DNA from: a virus
Direction: 5' to 3' (one strand)
Virus record (IMG/VR): IMGVR_UViG_3300037130_000236
DNA: 64,000 bases
The notes under the pieces are model-generated. The model saw nothing but the letters and a program-made list of their open reading frames with translations, ran no database searches and had not been told where the DNA came from. Positions 28,518-38,494 of this stretch are shown piece after piece (position 1 is the stretch's first letter; the number at the start of each line of letters is the position of its first letter). Both the position numbers and the translations under genes were made by a program.

Positions 28518-28619
28518 TTCGTGTAGTGACCTGTAACCGTTTCTCAGCGAGGCCCGATGTACACGAGATTCAATCGGCCTAGACACAAACACCCACCGTA
28601 TGTAACCAAGGAGGTTTTC

Positions 28620-28856
28620 ATGGCAGCAATCGACGATCTTAACACAGCGGTCGCGGCGCTTCAGGCCGAGGATGTGCTGGTGCTGGCCGGACTTGCCAGT
28701 CTTCAAGCACAGGTCACCACGCTTAACACAACCATTGCCAACTCGCCGAACGTGGACCCCGCGATTGAGACCGCCGCGCAGGCGGTGCAGGCCGAGGTGG
28801 CCAAGTTCCAGGCCGCACTTGCACCCGCAGCTCCCGCCGTTCCCGCGGCCAGCTAA
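28620..28856 (+). CDS. Small Ala-rich coiled-coil protein
   Basis: RBS aaggaggt; heptad pattern. Confidence 0.75.
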   Translation: MAAIDDLNTAVAALQAEDVLVLAGLASLQAQVTTLNTTIANSPNVDPAIETAAQAVQAEVAKFQAALAPAAPAVPAAS

Positions 28857-28908
28857 CCAAATCATGTCCAGGCGGAGACTGCCGTCTTCCGCCTGGCCGA
28901 CCCTGAGT

Positions 28909-28920
28909 CTTTGGTAGATC
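28909..28920 (+). promoter_or_regulatory. Motif B copy (CTTTGGTAGATC)
   Basis: Matches consensus; upstream of ORF 28955. Confidence 0.6.
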
Positions 28921-28954
28921 TCCGCCTTTATCGACACTCGGAAGTGGAGATCCT

Positions 28955-29563
28955 ATGTCCAGTCTGATCGTGATGCCCGGCAGCGAAGAGTTCAAGAAAA
29001 CGCTGGCCTCGATAGCAAAGGCGCCGCGCCGCCGGAAGCTTGTACAACCTGTCGACCTCGTAGGTCACACCTTGATGCTGAACACCGCCCTGGTCAAGAC
29101 CTTCCAGTGTGGCGGCTTCGTCCTGGGCCCGAACAGGCCCATCGGTATTGTGGACGAACAGTCTCAGCAGATTCCGATTCGCAAGGCATTGGAAGAGAAG
29201 AAGCTGATTGACGTCACCGGCAAGGACATGGCCACCAAAGGGTTCAAGGGAACCGGTGGCCAGACCTCGGCAATCACCGAAGAAGACACCGGCAAGAAGG
29301 TATTCGTCGGCCGCGATCGCCGCGGCAACCTCTACATCGCAACTCCCAGATCCAAGACTGAAGCCAAGCGGTTCGAGCGCGAAATCCGGACGACTGGCAC
29401 GCTCAAGAGCGTTGACTTCGAGACCGAGACCACAGGTCTCTGCGCCATTACCGAAGAGGTAGTGGAATCCAGCGAACAGCCTGTCAAGAAGCCCGCGAAG
29501 AAGGTCAAGAAGAATGTCCGCACCCGTCGTACTTCAGGCAACGCCGTCCGATCAAGAAACTGA
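28955..29563 (+). CDS. Hypothetical basic protein
   Basis: 202-aa ORF with RBS ggag. Confidence 0.7.
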   Translation: MSSLIVMPGSEEFKKTLASIAKAPRRRKLVQPVDLVGHTLMLNTALVKTFQCGGFVLGPNRPIGIVDEQSQQIPIRKALEEKKLIDVTGKDMATKGFKGTGGQTSAITEEDTGKKVFVGRDRRGNLYIATPRSKTEAKRFEREIRTTGTLKSVDFETETTGLCAITEEVVESSEQPVKKPAKKVKKNVRTRRTSGNAVRSRN

Positions 29564-30218
29564 TGTGGTTCTTGGCCAGGCGATCATCGTCGCTTTCGAC
29601 CAGGCGCTCGACACCTCGACGCTGAACGATAGCACGTTCTCGTTGACGTTCCCCGCTCCAACTCAAGTTCTCACATCGGGCCAGCTCGTTGCTGGCGAGG
29701 CCGCCCCTTCAACATTCAATGTTGAAGGGGTCTGGTCGTTTGCAGACGACACCACGGGTCGCACGATTGCGACCTTCACACCCACCAGACACTTCCAGGA
29801 GAACACGCTCTACACGGCGATGCTGCTGGGCGCTGATGCGTCCCTTTCGACCGAAGACGTGATGAACCCCGCCGGCGAATCGATGAATGTCAGCTACCAG
29901 TGGACATTCACCACCGGCATTTTGAACCTGCTGACACCTCCACCTGTTTCTCCTCTTCTGGATGCATTTCCAGCCCTTCAGCTCGATCAGATCAAGGTCA
30001 TTCCAAGACGGCGGATTGGCCAGGATTTGAGTCAGTCGTTCGACATTCTGTTTCCAGATGACATCGATCCGACCTCATTCTCGGTCGAGGACCTTTACAT
30101 GAGCATCGAGCCTCTCCTCGGGGATCCTACTGTATCTGTGCCGCAAGCTCTGCAGTATGCAGCCGTCATCACCGGTAACAAAATCCAGATCACGGTCACA
30201 GGTTGGCCGTCAAGTTAG
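29514..30218 (+). CDS. Ig-like (Big_5/SbsA-type) domain virion protein
   Basis: P....T.V.....I.V.FDQALD.STL....F.L...TFTP...F..NT.YT..L......YQWTFTTG. Confidence 0.75.
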   Translation: MSAPVVLQATPSDQETDVVLGQAIIVAFDQALDTSTLNDSTFSLTFPAPTQVLTSGQLVAGEAAPSTFNVEGVWSFADDTTGRTIATFTPTRHFQENTLYTAMLLGADASLSTEDVMNPAGESMNVSYQWTFTTGILNLLTPPPVSPLLDAFPALQLDQIKVIPRRRIGQDLSQSFDILFPDDIDPTSFSVEDLYMSIEPLLGDPTVSVPQALQYAAVITGNKIQITVTGWPSS

Positions 30219-30226
30219 GAAATGAC

Positions 30227-30679
30227 ATGTCACAACTTACACCGCACTTCGCAGACACTGAACCCGGACTGACTGTCCTGGCAGGCGCTGACTCGCACGT
30301 CATCGAGAACGTGACCTTCCTCTGCGAGAAGGTCCTCGAACCCATTCACGACAAGTTCGGAACTGTCCGCGTTCATGACAGCTACCGCGATCCTGGCCAC
30401 AACGCCCAGGTCGGCGGCAAGACAGCTTCCTTCCACCTTTGCATCGGCGGCCACGCCGCCGTCGATGTCGATGCGCCCGCAGTCTCCATGCAGGGTCTCT
30501 TCGACTGGCTGCGTCTCGAAAGCAAGCTTCCCTTCGACAAGGTCATCCTCGAGAAGAACAAGGCTGAAGTTCCGGCCTGCGTTCACATTCAGATCGACCG
30601 CCTCAATCCACCCAGACGCCAGGCATTCATCGGCCACACCGGCGCCGCAACCGTGTACACCCCAGTGGAAGTCAACTAG
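30227..30679 (+). CDS. Peptidase M15 family endolysin
   Basis: DSYR...HN..VGG...SFH..G..AVD and a final VH; M15A Zn-binding signature. Confidence 0.88.
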   Translation: MSQLTPHFADTEPGLTVLAGADSHVIENVTFLCEKVLEPIHDKFGTVRVHDSYRDPGHNAQVGGKTASFHLCIGGHAAVDVDAPAVSMQGLFDWLRLESKLPFDKVILEKNKAEVPACVHIQIDRLNPPRRQAFIGHTGAATVYTPVEVN

Positions 30680-30688
30680 GAGACCTTC

Positions 30689-30919
30689 ATGGCATACAGG
30701 ATCGATCTGACAACCCGGAACGCTTCCATTGCGATCGTTCTCGGTTTGGACGTTCTCTTCTTCGCCGCCGCGATCGGGGCTTCCGTTCAACCTGCATTTG
30801 CAGACTTGAGCACGAAGCTCTGGGGCCTGTTTGCAGGCACCAACGGCGCGCTGATGCTCGCTCTGAACGCGAGCGGCAACACCCCAACACCCCCAACACC
30901 AGCAGTGGCAGGCGCGTAA
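30689..30919 (+). CDS. Putative holin
   Basis: 76 aa, two hydrophobic helices, directly after the endolysin. Confidence 0.65.
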   Translation: MAYRIDLTTRNASIAIVLGLDVLFFAAAIGASVQPAFADLSTKLWGLFAGTNGALMLALNASGNTPTPPTPAVAGA

Positions 30920-31773
30920 TGAGACGCTTTCATCCTCGCTTTCAAGAACGAGCACTGAGATCCCGCCGGAAGTTCAAGCTTCCGGCGTGGTTCCTGCCTT
31001 TTGTGAAGGTTGCCGTCTTCGCGGTTCCGTTTGCGTTCCTTTGTGTTTGTCTCGGTCTGGCCGGCCTCGAAGCTCGCAAGGCAACCATTGGCTTGGAAGC
31101 CACTGACGCAGCGGCCAAGAACTTCATCGTTGACACCCAACAGCAGGTACATGTTGTGGGCAACAACACTAACCACCTCATTGTTGAGGCAGGTCTCACC
31201 GCAAAGGAAGCGCGCCTGGCCGCTACTTCCCAACGCCAGTTCTGGGATAACGAAGTTCCTGTCCTGGCTGCCCGCGCGAACGGAACCTTTGACCGCACCG
31301 ATGCGCTGCTTGCCTCCTTCCGCAAGACCTCAGACGGTCTCGACGCCGATCTGACCACCATTACGAACGACATTACTGACACGACAACCACGCTCAAACC
31401 AGCCTTGGTCGCCACCGCCGCCGCCGCCACATCCGCATCGAACATGGCCCAGCAGGCCAGCAAGGATCTTGCCGATCCCAACATTCCGGCAACTCTGAAG
31501 AACATCAATGACGGTACTCATCAAATTGCTCTCACATCTGGTTCCGTTGCTCACACTGCTGACAATCTGGATCGCAAGGTCGACAAGATGCTTCACCCAG
31601 GATTCTGGGGAGCCGTCAAGGCCTACACCGTGTTCGGGGCCCAGCTCGCCACCGACGCAATCGAGATGCACTACTACCTGTTCTCAGTCGCCCCAGGTGC
31701 AACCGTCCAGACCGTCAAAGCAGCTGTCACGCACATCGCCAAACCCCTCACTCACCGGCCAGCAGCCAAGTAG
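30919..31773 (+). CDS. Membrane-anchored coiled-coil protein, possible i-spanin
   Basis: N-terminal TM followed by a long helical Ala/Thr-rich region; lysis-cassette position. Confidence 0.5.
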   Translation: MRRFHPRFQERALRSRRKFKLPAWFLPFVKVAVFAVPFAFLCVCLGLAGLEARKATIGLEATDAAAKNFIVDTQQQVHVVGNNTNHLIVEAGLTAKEARLAATSQRQFWDNEVPVLAARANGTFDRTDALLASFRKTSDGLDADLTTITNDITDTTTTLKPALVATAAAATSASNMAQQASKDLADPNIPATLKNINDGTHQIALTSGSVAHTADNLDRKVDKMLHPGFWGAVKAYTVFGAQLATDAIEMHYYLFSVAPGATVQTVKAAVTHIAKPLTHRPAAK

Positions 31774-31785
31774 CTTTGGTAGTTC
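31774..31785 (+). promoter_or_regulatory. Motif B copy (CTTTGGTAGTTC)
   Basis: Matches consensus; upstream of ORF 31826. Confidence 0.55.
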
Positions 31786-31825
31786 GGACCAACGCGCCAC
31801 ACTCACGATAGGAGATACACCCGTT

Positions 31826-32170
31826 ATGAACATTTCATTCAAGTCCCTCGGACACGCCTTCGCCACCGCATTCAAATGGGTGGCCAACAATGCGCCCGCC
31901 GACATTGCCAAGATCGAAGCCACCAAGACCGTTGTGGATGAGGTTCTTCCCGAAGTCCCGACATACGGTGGGGTTGCAACCTCTCTGGCCGATCTCGGCT
32001 ATGCCGCGTTGGGCGAGATTGCTTCGGTCATCACCACAGGCACTGCTGCCCAGAAGCAGTCGCTCTCGGACGCAGGTCTGGACAACAGTGTGATCACCGC
32101 CATTGAAACAGCCGTGAAGGGCTTCGGATCGATCGGCGGCTTCATCGCATCCCTCGTGTCCAAGAAGTAA
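31826..32170 (+). CDS. Hypothetical helical protein
   Basis: RBS aggag before ATG 31826. Confidence 0.7.
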   Translation: MNISFKSLGHAFATAFKWVANNAPADIAKIEATKTVVDEVLPEVPTYGGVATSLADLGYAALGEIASVITTGTAAQKQSLSDAGLDNSVITAIETAVKGFGSIGGFIASLVSKK

Positions 32171-32216
32171 CGACAGGCCTAACAGTTAGGTGGATCGCGT
32201 GTAGTGATCTTCAACA

Positions 32217-32252
32217 AAGCAGGAGGGCGGCTAATCCCGCCCTCTTGTTTCA
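32217..32252. terminator. Intrinsic terminator, possibly bidirectional
   Basis: aaagcaggagggcgg-ctaat-cccgccctcttgtttc. Confidence 0.7.
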
Positions 32253-32270
32253 TGTCCCGCCGGAGTCTTC

Positions 32271-32918
32271 ATGATCTATCCAGGTGATACACACCAAATC
32301 GTCTTCTCCCTTTCGCACGCAAACGGTACTACTCCTTCTGTGACCACGGCGCCCCTCGTCACGGTGATCAACCTGACGACAGGTGCGGCTGTTGTGACCG
32401 CCGCGGCGATGACTCTGGTTGCCGGAACCTGCCTGGTCTACTCCTATGCGTGGAATACGGCCGGCATGCTGAATGGTGACTATCTGGCAGTTGTTTCCTA
32501 CGCCGCCGACGGCAACACCGTCAACGGCCAGTACCTTGATCAGATCCGGCTGGGCGACACCAACATCCCCGGACCGGTGGCCCTCAACGCTACCGCGGCA
32601 CTCGATGCTACCGTGGCCAAGGACGCAACCGTGGCTCATCTCACGGATCTGGCGACGATCAACCCCAATACATCGTCCGTCATCCTGGCCATCCAGGCCA
32701 AGACGGCCAACTTGCCGGCTATCCCCGCCGCCCAGTCCGATGTAACCGCGCTGGTTCAGTTTCTCACCGACATTCACGACACGGTTTTGGGCACCTGGAT
32801 TGTCGACAAGACCCAGAATCCGAAGGTCCTGTCGTTTCTGCGGCTCAACGGAAGCACTCTCGCCACCTTCACGGTGACCGAGGACGACAATTCCGCGGCG
32901 CGCACGGTCAGCGCATAA
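32271..32918 (+). CDS. Hypothetical virion protein (Ig-like N-terminus, helical C-terminus)
   Basis: 215-aa ORF; YSYAW...G.Y....Y beta-sandwich pattern. Confidence 0.65.
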   Translation: MIYPGDTHQIVFSLSHANGTTPSVTTAPLVTVINLTTGAAVVTAAAMTLVAGTCLVYSYAWNTAGMLNGDYLAVVSYAADGNTVNGQYLDQIRLGDTNIPGPVALNATAALDATVAKDATVAHLTDLATINPNTSSVILAIQAKTANLPAIPAAQSDVTALVQFLTDIHDTVLGTWIVDKTQNPKVLSFLRLNGSTLATFTVTEDDNSAARTVSA

Positions 32919-32930
32919 AGAAGCCATCTT

Positions 32931-32940
32931 CCTATACTAG
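32931..32940 (+). promoter_or_regulatory. Motif A copy (CCTATACTAG)
   Basis: Exact copy, intergenic, upstream of 32995. Confidence 0.65.
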
Positions 32941-32994
32941 ACACGACTGAGGGAGCGTTGTGCTCCCTCCATCCTCCCTCTAGGACGTCCACCC

Positions 32995-33312
32995 ATGGCC
33001 CTTTCTCAAGCAGCTGAAACCGAGCTTTTGACCAAAGTTCGAGAGATTCACGCAGTCTTCATTGGTATCGAAGGCCAGCCCGGCAGGTTTCAGGACCTGA
33101 CAGCAACAGTACATGCGCAAGGCAAGCGGCTTCGCGTGACCGAACGGTTTCAGTGGGTCTTGACCGGAGGTGGAATCGTTCTGGGTTTCATCGCCTATCA
33201 CTTCGAGCACCTTCTGAATGCGGTGCTGGAGATCAAGAAACTGGTCCCTGCGGTTCCCGCGGGTCAGGTCACGACAGGGTTCCTGCGTATTCCGGAGTTC
33301 TGGAGACTGTAA
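32995..33312 (+). CDS. Small membrane protein (coiled coil plus one TM)
   Basis: WVLTGGGIVLGFIAY TM after a coiled-coil segment. Confidence 0.65.
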   Translation: MALSQAAETELLTKVREIHAVFIGIEGQPGRFQDLTATVHAQGKRLRVTERFQWVLTGGGIVLGFIAYHFEHLLNAVLEIKKLVPAVPAGQVTTGFLRIPEFWRL

Positions 33313-33617
33313 TGAGCAGTGTTGGTAGCCCGCTTTCCTATACCGTTCCTGTCAGCCAGGACTACGGCGCAAGCGGGGCGCTCAGACCCTCCTATCCCAA
33401 CCTTCCCAGCTTCGTCCTCTACGCATTCCTCAGCTCAGACTGGTGTGTTGGCAACACCGACCCGGCCTATGCTCGAGGAGCCTACCAGTTGGATTCGACC
33501 GGAAACTGGCTTCTCAACCTGTTGCCGAATACCTACAATCTCGTGCTCATGAACGGGACCGGAACTGTGATTGTCTTCCAGTTCAACCTGGTGATCACGC
33601 TGCCTGCGAGCTCCTAA
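33312..33617 (+). CDS. Hypothetical beta-rich virion protein
   Basis: ATG overlaps the previous stop. Confidence 0.6.
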   Translation: MSSVGSPLSYTVPVSQDYGASGALRPSYPNLPSFVLYAFLSSDWCVGNTDPAYARGAYQLDSTGNWLLNLLPNTYNLVLMNGTGTVIVFQFNLVITLPASS

Positions 33618-33619
33618 TC

Positions 33620-34351
33620 ATGCAGAATCTGATCTTCCACATCTCGTTGCCCAAGGGCATCAAGCTGGTGAATGGCGCGACCTTGATGAAGGACGTGACC
33701 TTCGACTTCATCAGCCAGATCACCCCGTACTACTCGACCATCGATATGGTCCGCCTGGCTGCCGGCCCGACCCTCAAGAAGCTCTCCGACATCACCATCG
33801 CCTGTCAGATCTACCGGTCCAGCAATGAGGCGGATCTGATCACGGCAGCCCGTGTTCCTCTTTCAGGTCTGCAGCACACTCGCTTGATTGGCAGCCGGCT
33901 GCAATACGTGACAGCATTGGCTTCCCGCGATCTGATGCTGAACGTGGTCTCGCTACTGGGCCCCGGCGCTCATGTGCTGGCAAACTTCTCCGTCGATCGC
34001 AAAGCGGACAATAAGCAGCGTCTGGCTGAGTTTGAGGATTCTCTCAAACTCTACGAGGTGGTTCTCCGCAGCGGCGGCCGGGTGATGCCAGGCGGCCGTC
34101 CAGACTTCCACTTCGCTGCCAAAGGCGTTCTGGACTGGGCGGAGCGCACACCGGCGCGCACCTGGTTCGCCAACGGCATGGGAGCCAATGCCAGTTCGAT
34201 GGACCCCGGATCTCCGACCGGCGGCCGCGGCAAGCCCATCAAGTTCTTCGCATCCCCGACGTGCTCCCCGCCAATGTCCTCCATGCGCATCGGCGTCTAC
34301 CAGCCGGGCTTCCCCGTCTCCCAGTTCTATCCGTACGCGATGGGACAGTAA
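33620..34351 (+). CDS. Putative head-tail adaptor / neck protein
   Basis: Helical (I..QIY..S.EAD.I) pattern; position between head and tail genes. Confidence 0.55.
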   Translation: MQNLIFHISLPKGIKLVNGATLMKDVTFDFISQITPYYSTIDMVRLAAGPTLKKLSDITIACQIYRSSNEADLITAARVPLSGLQHTRLIGSRLQYVTALASRDLMLNVVSLLGPGAHVLANFSVDRKADNKQRLAEFEDSLKLYEVVLRSGGRVMPGGRPDFHFAAKGVLDWAERTPARTWFANGMGANASSMDPGSPTGGRGKPIKFFASPTCSPPMSSMRIGVYQPGFPVSQFYPYAMGQ

Positions 34352-34369
34352 GAGGACTGGAGTTGAACT

Positions 34370-34954
34370 GTGGACTTCTACCGGGACATCTCGGCGACCA
34401 TCGACCTGCGCGAGGAGCTGCACTCCGTAATTCATGGCAGTGAGGAGATTGTTGGACAAGGGCGTACCGTGATCCTGCGCCGGATGACCAACACAACCTG
34501 CCCCGGCTGCTGGGATCCAAAGACAGGCGGAAGCGTCCGGCCCAACTGTCGGTATTGCCAAGGCGAAGGCTGGCAGTTCTATGAGACCCAGGAGGTCATG
34601 GCGCTCTACCGCGGCGTGGCTCCTGTCTACAAGCCTGGAGTCTTGGCCACTGGTGAGTATCCCCAGAATGCCATGGGCTACACAGATCAGAACCGATGCA
34701 CCGCCTATGTGGAGGTCTTTCGGGATGACGGCAGCCAAGTCTATCCCGACTACGAAAGGTACACCCTCCAGACTGCCAAGGCCTACGACAAACTCTACGA
34801 AACGAAGGTCGATCCGGAAGGCAACCCCATCACCGATTCCAGCGGGCGTTTTACCCGGACGGTCAAATGGAAGGTACTCTCGGTAGTGCCCACCTTCGGA
34901 GATAACGGGCGCATCGAGTTTTGGGAGCTTGGATTGGAAAAAGAAAACGTTTAG
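34370..34954 (+). CDS. Putative head-closure/neck protein with a zinc finger
   Basis: CPGCWD...C.YC.G.G motif followed by beta-strand-rich region ending GDNGRIEF. Confidence 0.6.
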   Translation: MDFYRDISATIDLREELHSVIHGSEEIVGQGRTVILRRMTNTTCPGCWDPKTGGSVRPNCRYCQGEGWQFYETQEVMALYRGVAPVYKPGVLATGEYPQNAMGYTDQNRCTAYVEVFRDDGSQVYPDYERYTLQTAKAYDKLYETKVDPEGNPITDSSGRFTRTVKWKVLSVVPTFGDNGRIEFWELGLEKENV

Positions 34955-34982
34955 AATCAACGTGATATGGTATAATAAGGCG

Positions 34983-35597
34983 ATGGCAAGACCAAAGGGA
35001 ATACCGATGAGTGAGGAAGCCAAAGACCTCATTCGCCAGTTTCAGAAGGGTCGAACACGTTCTCCTGAAACAAGAGCAAGGATGTCTGTTGCAGCAAAGC
35101 TCCGCTCAGAAGAACATTATGCCAACTCCCGTTCGCCAGAAGCTCGTGCAAAAGCCAGCGCAAAGATGAAAGGTCGCAAACCCTGGCACTCACTTCGGCC
35201 TACAACGGAAGCTTTTCGCGAATCTCGGCGCCTCATCAACCTTGGTCGACCCAAATCTATCGAAACTCGTCTCAAAATGGCAGAGGCCAGGCGTGGTGAG
35301 AAGTCCCATCTTTGGAAGGGTGGACTTTCGAAAGAACACTATCGCGAACGCCAAAACGCCATGCAGACTGTGGAATACAGACTGTGGAAGGAATCCGTCT
35401 TCAATCAAGCTGGCAACATCTGTGCGTTGGAAGATGAGACGTGTTCTGGACCTCTTCAGGCCCATCACATTCAATCTTGGACCGAGTTTCCAGAGCTGCG
35501 ATACGAGCTCTCCAATGGTCAGTGCTTGTGCAAAGATCACCATCAAAGGACCGACAACTTCGCAGGCCGAGCCCTCGCTCTAACTAAGGCCGCGTAA
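34983..35597 (+). mobile_element. Free-standing NUMOD3-HNH homing endonuclease
   Basis: Repeated S.ETR.+MS.A..G NUMOD3 motifs; C...AHHI..W..FPELRY..SNGQCLC..HH HNH; lower GC than flanks; TGGTATAAT extended -10 at 34968-34976. Confidence 0.88.
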
Positions 35598-35623
35598 CCG
35601 AATTACCAGTCTGGTCGTGTCTT

Positions 35624-35633
35624 CCTATACTAG
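35624..35633 (+). promoter_or_regulatory. Motif A copy (CCTATACTAG)
   Basis: Exact copy between the HNH gene and the tail-completion gene. Confidence 0.65.
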
Positions 35634-35669
35634 ACAGGATTGCCGGGGCTTTCCCCGCGAGGAGCGTGC

Positions 35670-36392
35670 ATGTCTGCAATCACCAGGCCCTCCTCGATCT
35701 TGCCTCCGCTGCGTTCGAGCAAGCCCGCGGCAGACATCAACGGCTTCTTCCAGATTGTCGGGCAGGCTCTCGCAGAGTTCATCAAGACGGAAGGTGCTCC
35801 CGAGGGAACAGTCCCTGTTTACGTGGAGACCTTCCCGAAGGAACGGCTCTCAGAGCCGGACACAGCGTTCGACGTCATTCTCTTCCATGTAGTCAGCGGT
35901 GAGATGGCGCCTACAAGCAATGACGGCGCTACTGTTCCCCGTTCGCCAATGCTTCGGAACGTCGCAAGAATCCCGAGCCAGGCAGGGTACAACCTGGCGC
36001 AGTACGGCTGGTGGGAGAACTACACCGTCGAGTTTGAGGTTTGGTCGAAGAGCAACTCTGTGGCCAATTCCCTGGCAGTATGGTTTCATCGCTTTCTGAT
36101 TCGGTATGCCTATTACTACAAGTTCTTCGAGGCATTTGGAGTCCAGCAATTCAAGTTCGCAGGACGCCAGGAAGATAAGTCCGACGAGAAAGAGAATCAA
36201 GAGCTCCAAATCCGTCGGCTTCGGTACTCGTTCCGCCTGGAGTTCCTTGACACCTTCACAGAGCGGCAGCTTACCGACCTGACTCTGAACTTCAAGATCA
36301 AGCGGGACGTTCAAACCGTTGAACTTGACACCGCTCAACAACACAACGCGGAACACGAACGTTTCCGATTTCCTGTGTCCAACCCTGTGTAG
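35670..36392 (+). CDS. Putative tail terminator / completion protein
   Basis: Position immediately before the sheath; ..VEFEVWSKSN..A..L..WF..F+ and R.+RY.FR+E patterns. Confidence 0.6.
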   Translation: MSAITRPSSILPPLRSSKPAADINGFFQIVGQALAEFIKTEGAPEGTVPVYVETFPKERLSEPDTAFDVILFHVVSGEMAPTSNDGATVPRSPMLRNVARIPSQAGYNLAQYGWWENYTVEFEVWSKSNSVANSLAVWFHRFLIRYAYYYKFFEAFGVQQFKFAGRQEDKSDEKENQELQIRRLRYSFRLEFLDTFTERQLTDLTLNFKIKRDVQTVELDTAQQHNAEHERFRFPVSNPV

Positions 36393-36399
36393 GTTACAG

Positions 36400-36413
36400 A
36401 CTAACCGTTAGTT
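36400..36413. promoter_or_regulatory. Motif C dyad (ACTAACCGTTAGTT)
   Basis: Perfect CTAAC-C-GTTAG core upstream of the sheath gene. Confidence 0.6.
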
Positions 36414-36444
36414 TGTTGACCCGAGATCTACGAGGAGAAACAGA

Positions 36445-38376
36445 ATGGCCTTCAATAACCTGCCTGGGATTATCGTCAACACGGTTGACGGAGGTCTCGT
36501 CTCTGCCGCTCCGCCGCAGGACCACTCTATCCTGATTATCGGCACATGCGACCAGGGCGTGATCAATCAGCCTTACCAGGTCACCAACCGCGCGACGGCG
36601 GCTCTCCAATTCGGTCTGAACGGAAACCTGATCCGTTCGATGGAAGAGTGTGCTGCGAACTCTGACAACATCATTCTGTTTCGTATGGGTGCTCAGCCTC
36701 AAGTCCTGGCGGGCATCGGTGTGGAGACGGGTACCGGTGCGACTGCTGGCTTTTCATTGAGCTTCGGGCAGGCCACCGCGACGTCTGCCACCGATTACAA
36801 GATCTGGTACAAGGCCGGCGTTGTGGCCGTGTACTACCAGGGTGATCTGGAGTATTCGAACGATCCTCTTCAGACCACGGACAACGGTGACATCACCATT
36901 GCCGGAACCATCTCCGGCAACACCGGCCTTCAACTCGGTACAGGTACGAGCGCCACCTTCGCAAACGCGATCACGGTGCAGGCCGCAGCCGCGTTGGTTG
37001 GTGCAACTTCGACTCCTGCCCCGACCTTGACCGCTGCCGTCACCGGCATCGGCCTGACGGGCCGCCAGACCTACCTCGCCTTTCTGGATGCAATCAACCT
37101 TCTGCAAGGGTTCCAGGTTGAGGAAGTTGTGGTTCCCGCCGCGACGTTCGATGCGCCGAATGTGGCTTTCTACTCGGCTGGCAACACAGCGACAGCCACC
37201 AACAACCCGGCAACCAACCCCAATGCTCTTGACTGGCTTTTGATCGCGCGCGATGCCTACGGCGACCAGACCTATCAGTGGGCTTCGGAAGCCAATGCCT
37301 GGGCCAACGGTGCCCAAGTTACCACCTTCCCCGCCGGACTTACCGCTCAGACTGTGGCCGGAACTTCGATTCCGATCACGGCCGGCGCAGTTACGGCGAT
37401 GCCCGGGACGGTTTCGACCGCTTCCGCGCGCCAGGCGCTCGGCTTTGCCGAAGTCAACTGGGGCCATGCAATCGCCAGCTTCTGCGCATCGATCAGTACG
37501 CTGGACAAGACCTGCATCGGTTTCATCGGCACGTCCGTCCCCGCTACCTACAAGCTGGTGGATGTTCGTCGGTGGGTCGGCTTCCTGCCCCTTTACAACG
37601 CCAATGACGACGTGCAAAATCCCGGTGCCGGCCTGCTCGGTATCCCCTACACCGTCGGGACCAACGCCAGCGGCTTGAACGCACTTTGCTTTGACTTCAG
37701 CTCTGGCTATCGCCAACCTGGCTTCTTCCAGACCGAGAACGGACAGTATGACGGCACCGTCATGCAGGACATCAACCAGAACAACATCGACGTCGGTGCG
37801 TACCTGCACGTTGTGGCCGATCAGGCCATCATGTCGAATGGATATGCCACCAACTATGTGAGCAATCTGGCCAACTATGTCGCCGGCTTCTGCTCGGCTC
37901 TCGACGAGAAGACCGCGCTGACCAACCAGAAGGTGCCGCTCAAGCAGCTGCCGGGCCTGATCTACACACCCGGACAGCTCGACTCCCTGACCCAGGCGAA
38001 TATCAATGTGCTCCGCACCAAGGGATCCTACAGCAACCCCGCGCTGCTGCATGACTTCACCTGCGCCACGGACATCAGCGATTACACCGAACTGCTTCGT
38101 GTTCGCATCAAGGGCCTGGTGATTGCGACGATGCTTGCGATCGGCGATCCGTTTGTCGGAGCCAGTTCGCTCGACGGCCTCCAGCTCGTGTCGCTCAAGA
38201 CCGCTCTGGACAATGGCCTGGTGGCCCTGCAGCAACGTGGCTACATCTCGAATCCGCAGGTGACCATCACCACGACCGCTGCCGAATCTCTGATCGGGCA
38301 TGCCAACCTGTTCCTCACCTTCCATCCGGCTGATGAACTCGTTCAGCTCAGCGCCTACGTCGGCCTGAGTTCGTAA
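36445..38376 (+). CDS. Contractile tail sheath protein
   Basis: N-terminal LPG+.....DG; C-terminal LDSL.QA.IN, D.T.A...SDY..L..+RI, L..L...G.I, P..EL..+ sheath motifs. Confidence 0.88.
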   Translation: MAFNNLPGIIVNTVDGGLVSAAPPQDHSILIIGTCDQGVINQPYQVTNRATAALQFGLNGNLIRSMEECAANSDNIILFRMGAQPQVLAGIGVETGTGATAGFSLSFGQATATSATDYKIWYKAGVVAVYYQGDLEYSNDPLQTTDNGDITIAGTISGNTGLQLGTGTSATFANAITVQAAAALVGATSTPAPTLTAAVTGIGLTGRQTYLAFLDAINLLQGFQVEEVVVPAATFDAPNVAFYSAGNTATATNNPATNPNALDWLLIARDAYGDQTYQWASEANAWANGAQVTTFPAGLTAQTVAGTSIPITAGAVTAMPGTVSTASARQALGFAEVNWGHAIASFCASISTLDKTCIGFIGTSVPATYKLVDVRRWVGFLPLYNANDDVQNPGAGLLGIPYTVGTNASGLNALCFDFSSGYRQPGFFQTENGQYDGTVMQDINQNNIDVGAYLHVVADQAIMSNGYATNYVSNLANYVAGFCSALDEKTALTNQKVPLKQLPGLIYTPGQLDSLTQANINVLRTKGSYSNPALLHDFTCATDISDYTELLRVRIKGLVIATMLAIGDPFVGASSLDGLQLVSLKTALDNGLVALQQRGYISNPQVTITTTAAESLIGHANLFLTFHPADELVQLSAYVGLSS

Positions 38377-38494
38377 GCCAACCTCACCTACCGTGGCTAA
38401 CCTGCCGCGGTCTGGCTCCGCTGGGGATCGCCCTGGTCCCCGCGGAGCTGCAATTCACGATCTTACGTGAGCTTCATCCTCCCAAGGAGTAAAC

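Noticed and set aside
24260-28937. Long minus-strand ORFs (24260..26839, 27147..28937; likewise 36754..38325 and 41880..43349)
   Set aside because: Antisense shadows of GC-rich, codon-biased plus-strand genes, with no recognisable motifs.
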